From NCBI GenBank assembly GCA_964489445.1, contig CAZAYU010000007.1, positions 37,579 to 101,578 of the forward strand: a stretch of DNA of 64,000 nt, read 5' to 3'. Of this stretch, positions 48,551 through 57,996 are shown piece after piece; position 1 is the stretch's first letter; each line of letters begins with the position of its first letter. The notes beneath the pieces are model-generated. The model was not told the DNA's origin. It ran no database searches and worked only from the letters and a program-made list of their open reading frames with translations. The position numbers and the translations under genes were made by a program. Source of the DNA: an uncultured Planctomycetia bacterium (lineage in GTDB: Bacteria; Omnitrophota; Gorgyraeia; Duberdicusellales; 4484-171).

Positions 48551-50260
48551 TTACAAGATAATATTTAGCAACCCACCAACAACTAAACTGCTGAGAAACA
48601 TAAACACAACACTCTTGCATACATCTTTAACTCCTAGCTCTTTAACTAAAACTGCAAAAGCTGCTATACATGGGAAAAACATTGCTAAAACTGTAGTAGC
48701 TACAACAAGTTGTTTGGCAGTTAAGTTAAGAGGAACAAGCATTCCAACAGCAACATCTTTACGTAAAAATCCCATTGCTAAGGCAGAGATTGATTCCTTG
48801 GGCAAACCCCATATTCTTGTAACAAGTGGCTCGGCAAGACTAGAAATTATATCAAACACTTTTAGAGAATAGAGAATATTTATAAATAAAATGCTTAACA
48901 ACACAATTGGTATAGCTTCTTTTAAAAAGCTACGTATTCTCATCCAAAGTTTTTTAAAAATAGTCTGCAAAGATGGCAAACGATAAGGAGGCACCTCCAT
49001 AATCAATCCCGGAGAACGCCCCTTGAGAATCAAATTTAATATTCTCCCCAGAACAAACCAAGAAATAAATAAGCTCAAATAAACAATCCCTATATATCTA
49101 ATATTATAGCTTCCCAGCAACCCCCAAATCATAGCTTGCAGAGCTACGCAAGGCACGCCAACGCAGATTATTGTTGAAGCAATTAATTTTTGCCTACGAT
49201 CCTCTAACGCTCGGGTTGCCATAACTCCCGGAACATTACATCCTAGTCCCAACAAAGTAGGAATAATCGCCCAGCCATGTAATCCCATTCTATGCATAAC
49301 ATTGTCTAAAAGTACTGCCAGCCTGGGTAAGTAACCAAAATCTTCTAAAAAACCCATAGCCAGATAAAAGGAAATAATATAAGGTAAAACCACTCCTAAT
49401 GGTATAAACAATCCTGTTGTAAGCAGACCAAAAGATTGCCCAAAATCAATTCCACCATTAATTAATTTACCAATTAAAATAGAGTGCAAAAAAGTTCCAG
49501 GGTGCAACAACACACTAAGTTTATTCATCAAGGGAAGCCAAAAGTTATTGAATACTGGTTCGGACAGAATATTAATTATTCCTTCACCAATAAAATGGAC
49601 AAACTTGAAAGCAATAAACATAACTACACCAGCAATCGGAATTCCAGTTAACGGCTTTACAGAGATATCACCCAGGCGCTCCAAGAAAGTATGGTGGCGA
49701 TGCTTGAGTAGTTGAACCTCGTTAACTATTTTCCCTGTTTGCGTCCATCTATCCTCTTCAGTCCGAGGAGCATCTTTAGGGCTAGAAGCGTCAGGAATGC
49801 GTCTTAACAACTGCTTAAAGCCTTCACCAGTGATTCCTACAGTAGGAACTATTGGTATGCCTAAAAGCTCTTCCATCTTTGCAACATTAATCTGGATGCC
49901 TTTGTGTTTTGCCTCATCCCAAACATTGAGAGCCATAATTACTGGTATTCCTTTTTCCAAAAGATGGAGAGTAAGATGTAGGTTCCTCTCTAAATTAGTA
50001 GCGTCAACAACATTAATAACAACATCACCGTCTTTGAGCATGTCTACGGCAATCTGTTCAGCTTTAGAAGTTGCTTCTAATCCATAAGTTCCCGGAACAT
50101 CAATTAAAATTGCTTGCTCATCTTCAACCCGCATATTCCCTTGAGTAAATTCTACAGTAGTTCCGGGATAGTTCGAAATAACTACGCTTATTCCGGTAAG
50201 CCGAGAAAAAACCGCACTCTTGCCAACATTAGGATTGCCGATGAGTAGTATTTTCTTCAT
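48551..50260 (-). CDS. feoB: Ferrous iron transporter B
   Basis: The N-terminal G-domain (GNPNVGKSAVFSRLTG, DVPGTY) is followed by a polytopic membrane domain. Confidence 0.9.
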   Translation of the reverse strand: MKKILLIGNPNVGKSAVFSRLTGISVVISNYPGTTVEFTQGNMRVEDEQAILIDVPGTYGLEATSKAEQIAVDMLKDGDVVINVVDATNLERNLHLTLHLLEKGIPVIMALNVWDEAKHKGIQINVAKMEELLGIPIVPTVGITGEGFKQLLRRIPDASSPKDAPRTEEDRWTQTGKIVNEVQLLKHRHHTFLERLGDISVKPLTGIPIAGVVMFIAFKFVHFIGEGIINILSEPVFNNFWLPLMNKLSVLLHPGTFLHSILIGKLINGGIDFGQSFGLLTTGLFIPLGVVLPYIISFYLAMGFLEDFGYLPRLAVLLDNVMHRMGLHGWAIIPTLLGLGCNVPGVMATRALEDRRQKLIASTIICVGVPCVALQAMIWGLLGSYNIRYIGIVYLSLFISWFVLGRILNLILKGRSPGLIMEVPPYRLPSLQTIFKKLWMRIRSFLKEAIPIVLLSILFINILYSLKVFDIISSLAEPLVTRIWGLPKESISALAMGFLRKDVAVGMLVPLNLTAKQLVVATTVLAMFFPCIAAFAVLVKELGVKDVCKSVVFMFLSSLVVGGLLNIIL

Positions 50261-50493
50261 CGTTCTATTTCCACAATTACTTTACAAGACATTCCGTGTC
50301 CCAAAGCTGTTTGTGCTCTACCCACTCTTACAACAACCGCTCCCTTACCAAAGCCAGAATTTACCCGAGTTACCTTTACTCCCAGACGAATCCCCATAGA
50401 AGACAGTCGGTCTCTAAATGATACGCCTCCCAAAAACTCAACAATATTACCGCTTTCTTTTGATTTCATATTATTCAACGAAATTCGTTCCAT
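50257..50493 (-). CDS. feoA: Ferrous iron transport protein A
   Basis: It is a 78-aa SH3-like protein immediately upstream of feoB, overlapping it by 4 bp. Confidence 0.75.
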   Translation of the reverse strand: MERISLNNMKSKESGNIVEFLGGVSFRDRLSSMGIRLGVKVTRVNSGFGKGAVVVRVGRAQTALGHGMSCKVIVEIER

Positions 50494-50587
50494 TAATTTT
50501 CCTATCCTTTCTTTTAAACAATTTTACTACTATTGTTTTTCCAGCTAAAACAATATTTTTTATTTTTCTCGCCTTAAAATTAGCACT

Positions 50588-51061
50588 TTATTTGGTAGGC
50601 CTTTTTAAATGCGCCGGCGTCAGGTCAACTATATCTTCAACCTCAATTTCAATGATGTACTGCACTTTCGGGAAAAGCGCCTCTGGATGATAGCTATTTT
50701 TGTGTTCCTCTCGGATGTCTCTGAGCACCCGTTTAGAAGCCCTTTGGACAACCACATCGTTCCATTTACGAATTAATTCTGAATTGAATTCTGCTATTTC
50801 AACGATCTTACCCTTACCTTTTAAGGTAAAGCCAATAAACTGCCTCTCATCAATAACAGTAACAGAAATAATAGAATTATTTTGTAAATTATGGAATGTG
50901 TTTGTCCTGAAAAGATCAGTAAAATATATTTTGCCTTGCCTCTCAGCTTCGGCAAACCCTTTTACCGAACAATGAATCTTTCCTTCCTGGGTCAAAGAAG
51001 AAATAACTGCAAACCCTTTGTTCTCAAATAATAGGATTATTTCTCTCGAAAGATTAATCAT
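50588..51061 (-). CDS. Pyridoxamine-5'-phosphate-oxidase-like FMN-binding split-barrel protein
   Basis: At 157 aa it shows the PNPOx-like beta-barrel pattern and sits in the rubrerythrin/FDP cluster. Confidence 0.55.
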   Translation of the reverse strand: MINLSREIILLFENKGFAVISSLTQEGKIHCSVKGFAEAERQGKIYFTDLFRTNTFHNLQNNSIISVTVIDERQFIGFTLKGKGKIVEIAEFNSELIRKWNDVVVQRASKRVLRDIREEHKNSYHPEALFPKVQYIIEIEVEDIVDLTPAHLKRPTK

Positions 51062-51113
51062 CTATCCCGCCATATACATAACTCTCAGCCCTAGTTAAAA
51101 TAAAAGCCAATAA

Positions 51114-51689
51114 CTAATAATTTTCCGCTAATATTTCGTAATAACTTTGAGGATGCTTACAAGCCGGGCACATATCCGGAGCTTCGCTTCCCCCATGTAT
51201 GTAGCCACAATTACGACATTTCCATTTTACCGCTTTTTCTTTTTTAAATACTGTGCCGTCATTTATATTTTTAAGAAGTCTCCTGTAACGTTTCTCATGT
51301 TCTTCTTCAACTTCCGCAATCTCTTTAAAGTTATCAGCTATTTCCGTAAAACCTTCTTCCCGGGCAGTATCTTCAGCTTCCTTGTATAGTTTTGTCCACT
51401 CTTTGTTCTCGCCATCCGCCGACCGCTCCAAATGAATTGCTGTATTCTCAATAGTTCCAGCTGGATAAGAAGCGACAATTTCAATTTCTCCGCCTTCTAA
51501 AAATTTAAAAAATCGTTTGGCATGCTCCTTTTCATTCTCGGCAGTTTCTAGGAATATCCCGGCAATCTGTTCATAACCAGCTTTTTTAGCAACACTCGCA
51601 AAATACGTGTATCGATTCCTAGCCTGCGATTCTCCAGCAAATGAAGCCAATAAATTTTTTTCCGTTTTTGTTCCTTTCACACTTTTCAT
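51114..51689 (-). CDS. rbr: Rubrerythrin
   Basis: The ferritin-like diiron domain (ExxH pairs) is followed by a C-terminal rubredoxin-like Cys4 (KWKCRNCGY...CPACKHP). Confidence 0.85.
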   Translation of the reverse strand: MKSVKGTKTEKNLLASFAGESQARNRYTYFASVAKKAGYEQIAGIFLETAENEKEHAKRFFKFLEGGEIEIVASYPAGTIENTAIHLERSADGENKEWTKLYKEAEDTAREEGFTEIADNFKEIAEVEEEHEKRYRRLLKNINDGTVFKKEKAVKWKCRNCGYIHGGSEAPDMCPACKHPQSYYEILAENY

Positions 51690-52849
51690 CTTAATCCTCC
51701 TTTTACACTTTTACTTATATCTGTTAATGTCTGTTCATCCGGTAGATACTGAACTTTAATCGGCTCCATTATTGTAAAGCCACAGTCAGTCAACACTTCA
51801 TTGATTAACTCTATACTTTGCCCTCCCCATCCATAGGACCCAAAGCTTAAACCTGTCCGATTTTTAGGAGCAAGACCTTTCATGTACGACAAAAATGCAG
51901 CCACTTTAGGCAGCAAACCGTTGTTTAGTGTTGATGACCCAACGCAAATATACTTAGCAGTCAAAAGCTCCTTCATTACATCTGAAATATGATTTGTTTG
52001 TAGATTCAACATAACCGCTGAGATATCTGACTGTTCAAACCCATTTTTAATTGCTTTAGCAATATTTTCTGTCGAATGCCACATCGTGTCATAAATAATT
52101 ACCGCTTTATTTTCCGTATAATTATCTGCCCATTTTTGGTAAAGATTAACAATTTGCTTTAAATACTTCTGCCAAATAATCCCATGGCTAGGAGCGACTA
52201 TCTCGATGTCCATCTTTAGCACTTCATCTAAGGCTTTTTTAACCTGAACTCCATAAGGAAGAACAATATTAGCATAATATTTTTTTGCTTCTTCTTCCAA
52301 TATTCCAAAATCAAATTGTTTATCAAAGCGCTGTACAGACGCGATATGCTGGCCAAAAGCATCGTTTGAAAAAAGTATTTTTTCTTGCACTAAGCAGGTA
52401 ACCATTGAATCTGGCCAGTGAACCATAGGCGTAAGCAAAAACTTTAACGTTTTGCTTCCTATACATATGGAATCTCCGGAAGAAACCACCTGGAAATTCC
52501 ATTCTTGCCGAAAGTGTTTCTGAAGCCCTTTTTTTCCGTTAGGTGAAGTTATTATTTTTGCATTTTTAGCGATTTTAATTATTTGGGGCAACCCTCCAGA
52601 ATGATCCATCTCCACATGGTTGGAAATAATGTAGTCAATTTTTGCCGGATCAATTACTTGACTGATTCTTTCCAACATCTCGTCAAATAGATGCTCCTTG
52701 ACTGTATCAACCAACGTCACTTTCTCATCGATAATCAAATAGGAGTTATATGTGCTTCCTCGCTGGGTAAGATACCCATGAAAATTGCGTAAATCCCAAT
52801 CAACTGCGCCAACCCAATAAACATCTTTTTTAATTTCGACAGGTAACAT
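51686..52849 (-). CDS. Flavodiiron protein (FprA / rubredoxin:oxygen oxidoreductase type)
   Basis: It has a metallo-beta-lactamase-like diiron motif (NHVEMDHSGGL) and a C-terminal flavodoxin domain. I placed the start at MLPVEIKKDVYWVG (52849), which is preceded by GAGGAG. The ORF-track start at 52879 would overlap the rubredoxin gene. Confidence 0.85.
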   Translation of the reverse strand: MLPVEIKKDVYWVGAVDWDLRNFHGYLTQRGSTYNSYLIIDEKVTLVDTVKEHLFDEMLERISQVIDPAKIDYIISNHVEMDHSGGLPQIIKIAKNAKIITSPNGKKGLQKHFRQEWNFQVVSSGDSICIGSKTLKFLLTPMVHWPDSMVTCLVQEKILFSNDAFGQHIASVQRFDKQFDFGILEEEAKKYYANIVLPYGVQVKKALDEVLKMDIEIVAPSHGIIWQKYLKQIVNLYQKWADNYTENKAVIIYDTMWHSTENIAKAIKNGFEQSDISAVMLNLQTNHISDVMKELLTAKYICVGSSTLNNGLLPKVAAFLSYMKGLAPKNRTGLSFGSYGWGGQSIELINEVLTDCGFTIMEPIKVQYLPDEQTLTDISKSVKGGLR

Positions 52850-52859
52850 TTTCAAATAC

Positions 52860-53003
52860 TTACTCCTCAACCAGCTCAAACTGATCTTTTCCTACACCAC
52901 ATTCTGGGCAAACCCAATCTTCAGGTAAGCTACCAAATTCAACATTACTATTTTCTGCTGGATCATAAATATAGCCACAAACCAAACACCTATACTTTTT
53001 CAT
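52860..53003 (-). CDS. rd: Rubredoxin (47 aa), not present in the ORF track
   Basis: I translated it by hand as [47 protein letters not shown]. It has the classic CxxCGY...WxCPxCG rubredoxin signature and is preceded by AGGAGG. Confidence 0.85.
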   Translation of the reverse strand: MKKYRCLVCGYIYDPAENSNVEFGSLPEDWVCPECGVGKDQFELVEE

Positions 53004-53016
53004 CCTTACCTCCTAA

Positions 53017-53727
53017 TTAATAGCCAATAAAGTTTTCTGTCTTTACCTTTTCCGGATTACATCCGATTTCCAAGCAAATATCTTTCATCGCAGAAACCAT
53101 CCTTGGCGGCCCAAAAATAAAAAATACCTGATCCTGATAATCATTGATTTTATCTTTAATCATATTCTGGTCAATAACTCCTGACAAGTACTGTTTATTT
53201 TCAAAAGGCGGATTAATAAGCGTATAGAACACATTAATATTTTCATTGTCTCCACTGTAAGAATCAAGCTCTCTTTTGAAAGCAATGTCAGCCTCTGCCA
53301 TGTTAGAGTACAATAAGCAAACGTGTGTGTTCATCTTCTGACCAATGATATGTTCAATTATTGAAATAACCGGAGTTATCCCAATACCACCGATTAAAAA
53401 AGAAATCTTTTGGTAATCTGGTTTAAGTATGCAATTACCCATCGGCAGACTAAACAAAACACGCTCACCTTCCCTTAAACCTGCTAATTGTTGGGAAAAT
53501 TGACTATTAGAGATTTTTTTTGTTATTTCAATAATTCCTTTTTCTGGAGCGCAGGAAAAGGAAAGATATTTATTCAAGGTGCGATCATCCCGATTTTGCT
53601 GATTAAGTATAACCTCTAAAAATTGCCCTGGAATAAAACTTAGTGACTTTTCGGGCTGAAACTGAAAGCTGAATACATTGGGCGTCCTCTGTATCTTTTT
53701 GGTCAACGTGCCTTCTAAATTTTCCAT
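53017..53727 (-). CDS. FNR-type FAD/NAD(P)H oxidoreductase, candidate rubredoxin/FDP reductase
   Basis: A ferredoxin-reductase-type FAD-binding barrel is followed by an NAD-binding domain (GGIGITP). AGGAGG lies 8 nt upstream of the ATG. Confidence 0.6.
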   Translation of the reverse strand: MENLEGTLTKKIQRTPNVFSFQFQPEKSLSFIPGQFLEVILNQQNRDDRTLNKYLSFSCAPEKGIIEITKKISNSQFSQQLAGLREGERVLFSLPMGNCILKPDYQKISFLIGGIGITPVISIIEHIIGQKMNTHVCLLYSNMAEADIAFKRELDSYSGDNENINVFYTLINPPFENKQYLSGVIDQNMIKDKINDYQDQVFFIFGPPRMVSAMKDICLEIGCNPEKVKTENFIGY

Positions 53728-53747
53728 GCTACCTCCTGATTACTCAT

Positions 53748-53794
53748 GGCAACCTGTAAAATTAAATATTACATATTTTATTTTACAGGTTGCC
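53748..53794. promoter_or_regulatory. Perfect 15-bp inverted repeat (GGCAACCTGTAAAAT-N17-ATTTTACAGGTTGCC) just upstream of the FNR-like/rubredoxin/FDP/rubrerythrin operon RBS
   Basis: I checked the arms base by base as exact reverse complements. The loop is AT-rich, and there is no U-run afterwards on either strand, so it is not a simple terminator. Confidence 0.5.
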
Positions 53795-53893
53795 TACTTG
53801 CCTAAATGTTATTCAGCTGATGCTAATATACTTTAAGTTAGCCCTATTATCAACATAATTTTTAGCTTCTCAAAAAAAAATGCCGACTGATTT

Positions 53894-55552
53894 TTACTGC
53901 CCTTTCGATATCGCTTCTACATCTTTTTTCACATCAGCAACTAACTTTATGCTAAATTTTTCCACCAATATTTTGGCTACTCCTGGCGACAAAAAAGCTG
54001 GAAGCGTTGGGCCTAGGCGAATTCCTTTTATTCCTAAATGTAAAAGCGCCAGCAATACAGTGACTGCTTTCTGCTCATACCAACCAAGATCAAAAGAAAT
54101 TGGCAATTCATTGATATCCTCTAAGCCGAATACTTCTTTTAATTTTAAAGCAACCACTACTAACGAATATGAATCATTGCATTGCCCGGCATCTAAAACC
54201 CTGGGTATTCCGTCGATAGAGCCAAGATTTAACTTATTGTATCGATATTTTGCACATCCAGCAGTCAAGATCACCATATCCTTAGGTAAGGATTTTGCTA
54301 ACTCTGTAAAATAACTTCTATCATTCTGTCTTCCATCACATCCAGCCATCACCACAAAGCGCTTAATCGCCCCGGATTTAACTGCTGAGACCACCTTATC
54401 TGCCAACGCTAGAACTTGTTTATGGGCAAAACCGCCGATTATCTCTCCGGTTTCTATCTCTGTTGGAGCTGGACATTGTTTAGCTAAGGCAATAATTTCT
54501 GAGAAATCCTTCATCTTGCCTTGCTTGCGATCCGCTACATGTTTTACTCCAGGATACCCTGCTATCCCAGTAGTGAATATCCTTCTCTGGTAAGAGTCCT
54601 TAACCGGAACGATACAATTAGTAGTCATTAGAATTGGTCCGTTAAATGATTCGAATTCCTTATTTTGCTTCCACCAAGAGCCACCATAGTTGCCGATAAA
54701 ATGTTTGTACTTCTTTAACTCTGGATAATAGTGTGCCGGAAGCATTTCCCCGTGAGTATACACATCAACATCTGTTTCCGCAGTTTGCTTGAGCAGCTCC
54801 TCAATATCTTTTAGATCGTGCCCGGAAACAAGAATTCCCGGTTTCGTTCCCACACCAATATTTACTTTTGTTATCTCCGGATTTCCATAAGCTAAGGTAT
54901 TTGCTTTATCTAGCGAAGCCATAACCCCCACAGCATTATTCCCTGCATCAAGAACAAGAGTAATTAACTCATCTGCTGATAAATCTTTAACCATTGAAGA
55001 CAACGCTTTAATTACAAATTCACAGACCTCTTTGTTTTTCTCACCTAGTATTTCGGCATGATCCCAATAAGCAGCAATACCTTTAACACCATACAGCAAA
55101 AGCTCACGCAATGAACGGATATCTTCGTTTTCTGTCGCTAAAACTCCTACTGTTTCTGCTTTTTTTAAAAATTCTTCTTGGGTCTTTGCCTTCCAGGTTA
55201 CACAATCTGGACGATCACAAGAACACTGTTCTCCCTTACATTCCAGGCCAGCAATGAGCATCTGATATAAATCATCTCGACGGCGCAACGCTTCCTTGAT
55301 TAACTCGCTTATTCGCTGAGAATCAAAGTTTGTATTAGTCACTGTTGCAAATAAGGCCTTCATTATAAACGGACCGTTATCTTCAGGGTAGCTGGCACCA
55401 AGTTCTTGTTTTTTCTCCTCACAAAGAGATAACCCTTTCAGCACATAAATTAAAACATCCTGCAACCCAGCGACTTCTGCATTTTTCCCACAAACGCCCC
55501 CCTTTGTGCAGCCAATATTTTGTGCTGTTTCTTGACACTGATAACAAAACAT
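53894..55552 (-). CDS. hcp: Hybrid-cluster protein / hydroxylamine reductase
   Basis: The N-terminal Cys cluster is [23 protein letters not shown], and the protein is 552 aa. Confidence 0.9.
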   Translation of the reverse strand: MFCYQCQETAQNIGCTKGGVCGKNAEVAGLQDVLIYVLKGLSLCEEKKQELGASYPEDNGPFIMKALFATVTNTNFDSQRISELIKEALRRRDDLYQMLIAGLECKGEQCSCDRPDCVTWKAKTQEEFLKKAETVGVLATENEDIRSLRELLLYGVKGIAAYWDHAEILGEKNKEVCEFVIKALSSMVKDLSADELITLVLDAGNNAVGVMASLDKANTLAYGNPEITKVNIGVGTKPGILVSGHDLKDIEELLKQTAETDVDVYTHGEMLPAHYYPELKKYKHFIGNYGGSWWKQNKEFESFNGPILMTTNCIVPVKDSYQRRIFTTGIAGYPGVKHVADRKQGKMKDFSEIIALAKQCPAPTEIETGEIIGGFAHKQVLALADKVVSAVKSGAIKRFVVMAGCDGRQNDRSYFTELAKSLPKDMVILTAGCAKYRYNKLNLGSIDGIPRVLDAGQCNDSYSLVVVALKLKEVFGLEDINELPISFDLGWYEQKAVTVLLALLHLGIKGIRLGPTLPAFLSPGVAKILVEKFSIKLVADVKKDVEAISKGQ

Positions 55553-55603
55553 ATGTTTTCTCCTTTTTTAATTATACTGCCTTTATCTATTTTCAATTAT
55601 TTT

Positions 55604-55999
55604 CTAAATAATAGAGTCAATTGTTATTACTTTTAATCCGGAAAGCATTATTTTTTCTAACTTATCTAATCTTTTCTTTAATGTACATTTTTTTATCTCC
55701 GGGCATTCTCTTTTCATAAAAGTATGGTCATTCAGCATTACTGGCCCCTGCAATGCCAATATAACATCCAACAACGATATGCTGTCTGGAGAAGCTGCTA
55801 AAGAAAAACCACCTCCTTTTCCTCGATAAGAATGCACTATGGACTTTTTACCTAATCTTTGAAGAATCTTTCTTAAAAACGGCCTGGGCATTTTTAAACA
55901 TTTAGACAACTCCAAGACAGTAGCTTTCTTATCTTTATTCTTAGCCATGCAACATAACGCTCTAATTGCATAATCTGTATCACGAGTAATTAATTTCAT
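55604..55999 (-). CDS. Rrf2-family transcriptional regulator (NsrR/IscR-like)
   Basis: The N-terminal wHTH is DTDYAIRALCCMAKN..., there are C-terminal Cys residues (CPEIKKC), and the gene is located immediately upstream of hcp. Confidence 0.8.
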   Translation of the reverse strand: MKLITRDTDYAIRALCCMAKNKDKKATVLELSKCLKMPRPFLRKILQRLGKKSIVHSYRGKGGGFSLAASPDSISLLDVILALQGPVMLNDHTFMKRECPEIKKCTLKKRLDKLEKIMLSGLKVITIDSII

Positions 56000-56190
56000 T
56001 TCTAGCCCTTCTTTTTGTACTCTTTCCTTTTCATTCTTAGGCAGTTTAATGTCATACCCGGGACATCATACGGCAGCCTTCTTTGCAGTGAGCTACCGGC
56101 CGAAGTAAATATTTTATAGTTATTCGCATTGGACACCTCCTTCTTAACAAGAATGATACTACATTAGTCTCTTTTGTCAAGAAAATTTTT

Positions 56191-56463
56191 TTATATTTTT
56201 CTGAAAAGAATTAGTGCTCCAATAGCAATAAACAACACTGCTCCAAAATAACGGATCGCCTCCGGTCGGATATATTTCCCAAATGCAGCACCAACAAATA
56301 CCGCTATTGCCGTAACCAGAGCATACGCAGATACTGAAGCAAAAAATACTATCCACGGTTTTCCCGATTTTGCAGACATACCAATACTCACCATCTGCGT
56401 CTTATCGGCTAACTCTGCTAAAAATATCGCACCAAAAGCGGTTAAGAATATCTTCCAATCCAT
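56191..56463 (-). CDS. UPF0016/GDT1-family half-size membrane protein (putative Mn/Ca:H+ exchanger subunit)
   Basis: It carries a single ELADKTQ motif, has 3 TM segments and is 90 aa. Confidence 0.6.
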   Translation of the reverse strand: MDWKIFLTAFGAIFLAELADKTQMVSIGMSAKSGKPWIVFFASVSAYALVTAIAVFVGAAFGKYIRPEAIRYFGAVLFIAIGALILFRKI

Positions 56464-56540
56464 GATATTAACACCCTACATCCATTACTATTGCACCTTA
56501 TTCCTTATATAAATTCTTTGCCATATTCAAAAAAATATCA

Positions 56541-57197
56541 TCATAAAGGATATTGTTCGATTTTCTTAACCAAACTATCAATTTCTTCAGCAACCGCCCC
56601 AGGGAGAATCTGAAGAGTATCAATCTCTCTCTTAAAAGACCTAAGTACCGCTAAAAAACGATGAATCGCAAAATTAGCAGAACGTGTACGTTCTTTTTCA
56701 GGATCAAGTGCTTTTCTCTGCTTGCTCATCAAAGCGGTTAAATCTTTTTTAACTGTTTGATGATCCCTGCCTTCATCGAGCAATTCTTTTTTTATTTTTC
56801 GGTATCCGTTGTCATCTAAGTTCTTTTTTGCTTTTTGCAATGTGCTTATTGTATCTAGACTTACTGGCTCCTCCTTCTTGTTGTCAGCGCCACTTTCAGA
56901 CTGTAAATACAAGTCTCCTTCCTTTTTCAAAAATACATAAGACCGAATTAATTTCATTGCTGTATTTTTTCGAATATTAACTTCTTTAGCCGTATATTGA
57001 TCAAATGTTTCATACCCCCATTTTATGTAATGCTTTTCCTTCCAAACAACCTGAAGCGCCTTAGCCAAATTACGCCAAGAACTTTTAAAGTCGCGAGTCG
57101 CGTCTAAAACCGCATTTCTTGCTTCTTCACTTCCAATGCTAGTTTTTAAGCTGTCCGATTGTCCGAGAACATCCATTTTTTCATTTTCTACTTGCAT
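56541..57197 (-). CDS. Hypothetical soluble protein (218 aa)
   Basis: It is a charged, helical ORF with no recognisable motif. Confidence 0.3.
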   Translation of the reverse strand: MQVENEKMDVLGQSDSLKTSIGSEEARNAVLDATRDFKSSWRNLAKALQVVWKEKHYIKWGYETFDQYTAKEVNIRKNTAMKLIRSYVFLKKEGDLYLQSESGADNKKEEPVSLDTISTLQKAKKNLDDNGYRKIKKELLDEGRDHQTVKKDLTALMSKQRKALDPEKERTRSANFAIHRFLAVLRSFKREIDTLQILPGAVAEEIDSLVKKIEQYPL

Positions 57198-57252
57198 AAA
57201 GTAAACTCCTTATAGTCTTATTTTGCTAACCTTATCTCCCCCTGCCGATTGC

Positions 57253-57975
57253 CTAACAAGAGAATGCTTTCTCTAAATGACTGCGAGTAGTATCCCTTAA
57301 TTTAATAAAATCACCCGGATTGTAATTTTCTACTTCTATCGCCGGAAGAACAGTTAATTCCATAAAAACTCCTGTTCTAAATATCCAACTTCCTTTAGGT
57401 ATCGCATCTCTTGTTCCTTTTACACAAACTGGTAAAACTGCAACTTTCTCTTTTATTGCTAATTTAAATGCTCCATTCTGAAATTTATTCATCTTGTCAG
57501 TATTACTGCGTGTTCCTTCCGGAAAAAACAACACAGACATTCCATTGCTAATCCATTCAGATGCCTGACGATAAATTTTTTTTATACTTTCCATCTTCCC
57601 CCGAGAAAGCTTAATGTGCTTGCCCATTGAAAGACACCAGCCAATAAATGGCACCTTAAACAAGCTCTCCTTTGACACCCACTTAAACTGCATCCTTAAC
57701 TTGTACATTACCACAATGTCTGCTAAGCTTTGGTGGTTAGACACAACCACATATGTCCGCTGATGATCAATATGCTCTAGCCCGTTAACTTTCACATTCC
57801 AATAAGGATTTAAGCCAATTAGCACATTTGCCCACCAAAAACATTGAGCATGGATAATCCTTCTTTGTTTGTCAAAAGGAAACAAAATTAACAATAGAAA
57901 AAAATCAACCAAAAATAAGATAATTGTCACTACCAAAGCAACCAACCAAATCAAGATTGATAAAAGCACTTTCAT
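57253..57975 (-). CDS. plsC: 1-acyl-sn-glycerol-3-phosphate acyltransferase
   Basis: It has an N-terminal TM anchor and the NHQS (VVVSNHQSLADI) and FPEGTRS acyltransferase motifs. Confidence 0.8.
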   Translation of the reverse strand: MKVLLSILIWLVALVVTIILFLVDFFLLLILFPFDKQRRIIHAQCFWWANVLIGLNPYWNVKVNGLEHIDHQRTYVVVSNHQSLADIVVMYKLRMQFKWVSKESLFKVPFIGWCLSMGKHIKLSRGKMESIKKIYRQASEWISNGMSVLFFPEGTRSNTDKMNKFQNGAFKLAIKEKVAVLPVCVKGTRDAIPKGSWIFRTGVFMELTVLPAIEVENYNPGDFIKLRDTTRSHLEKAFSC

Positions 57976-57996
57976 ACTATGTTATTTTTTAACGAG

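Noticed and set aside
56000-56190. 25-codon Cys-containing mini-ORF upstream of rrf2
   Set aside because: It has no RBS and is too short for any confidence; the region is better explained as the rrf2 promoter carrying motif copy 4
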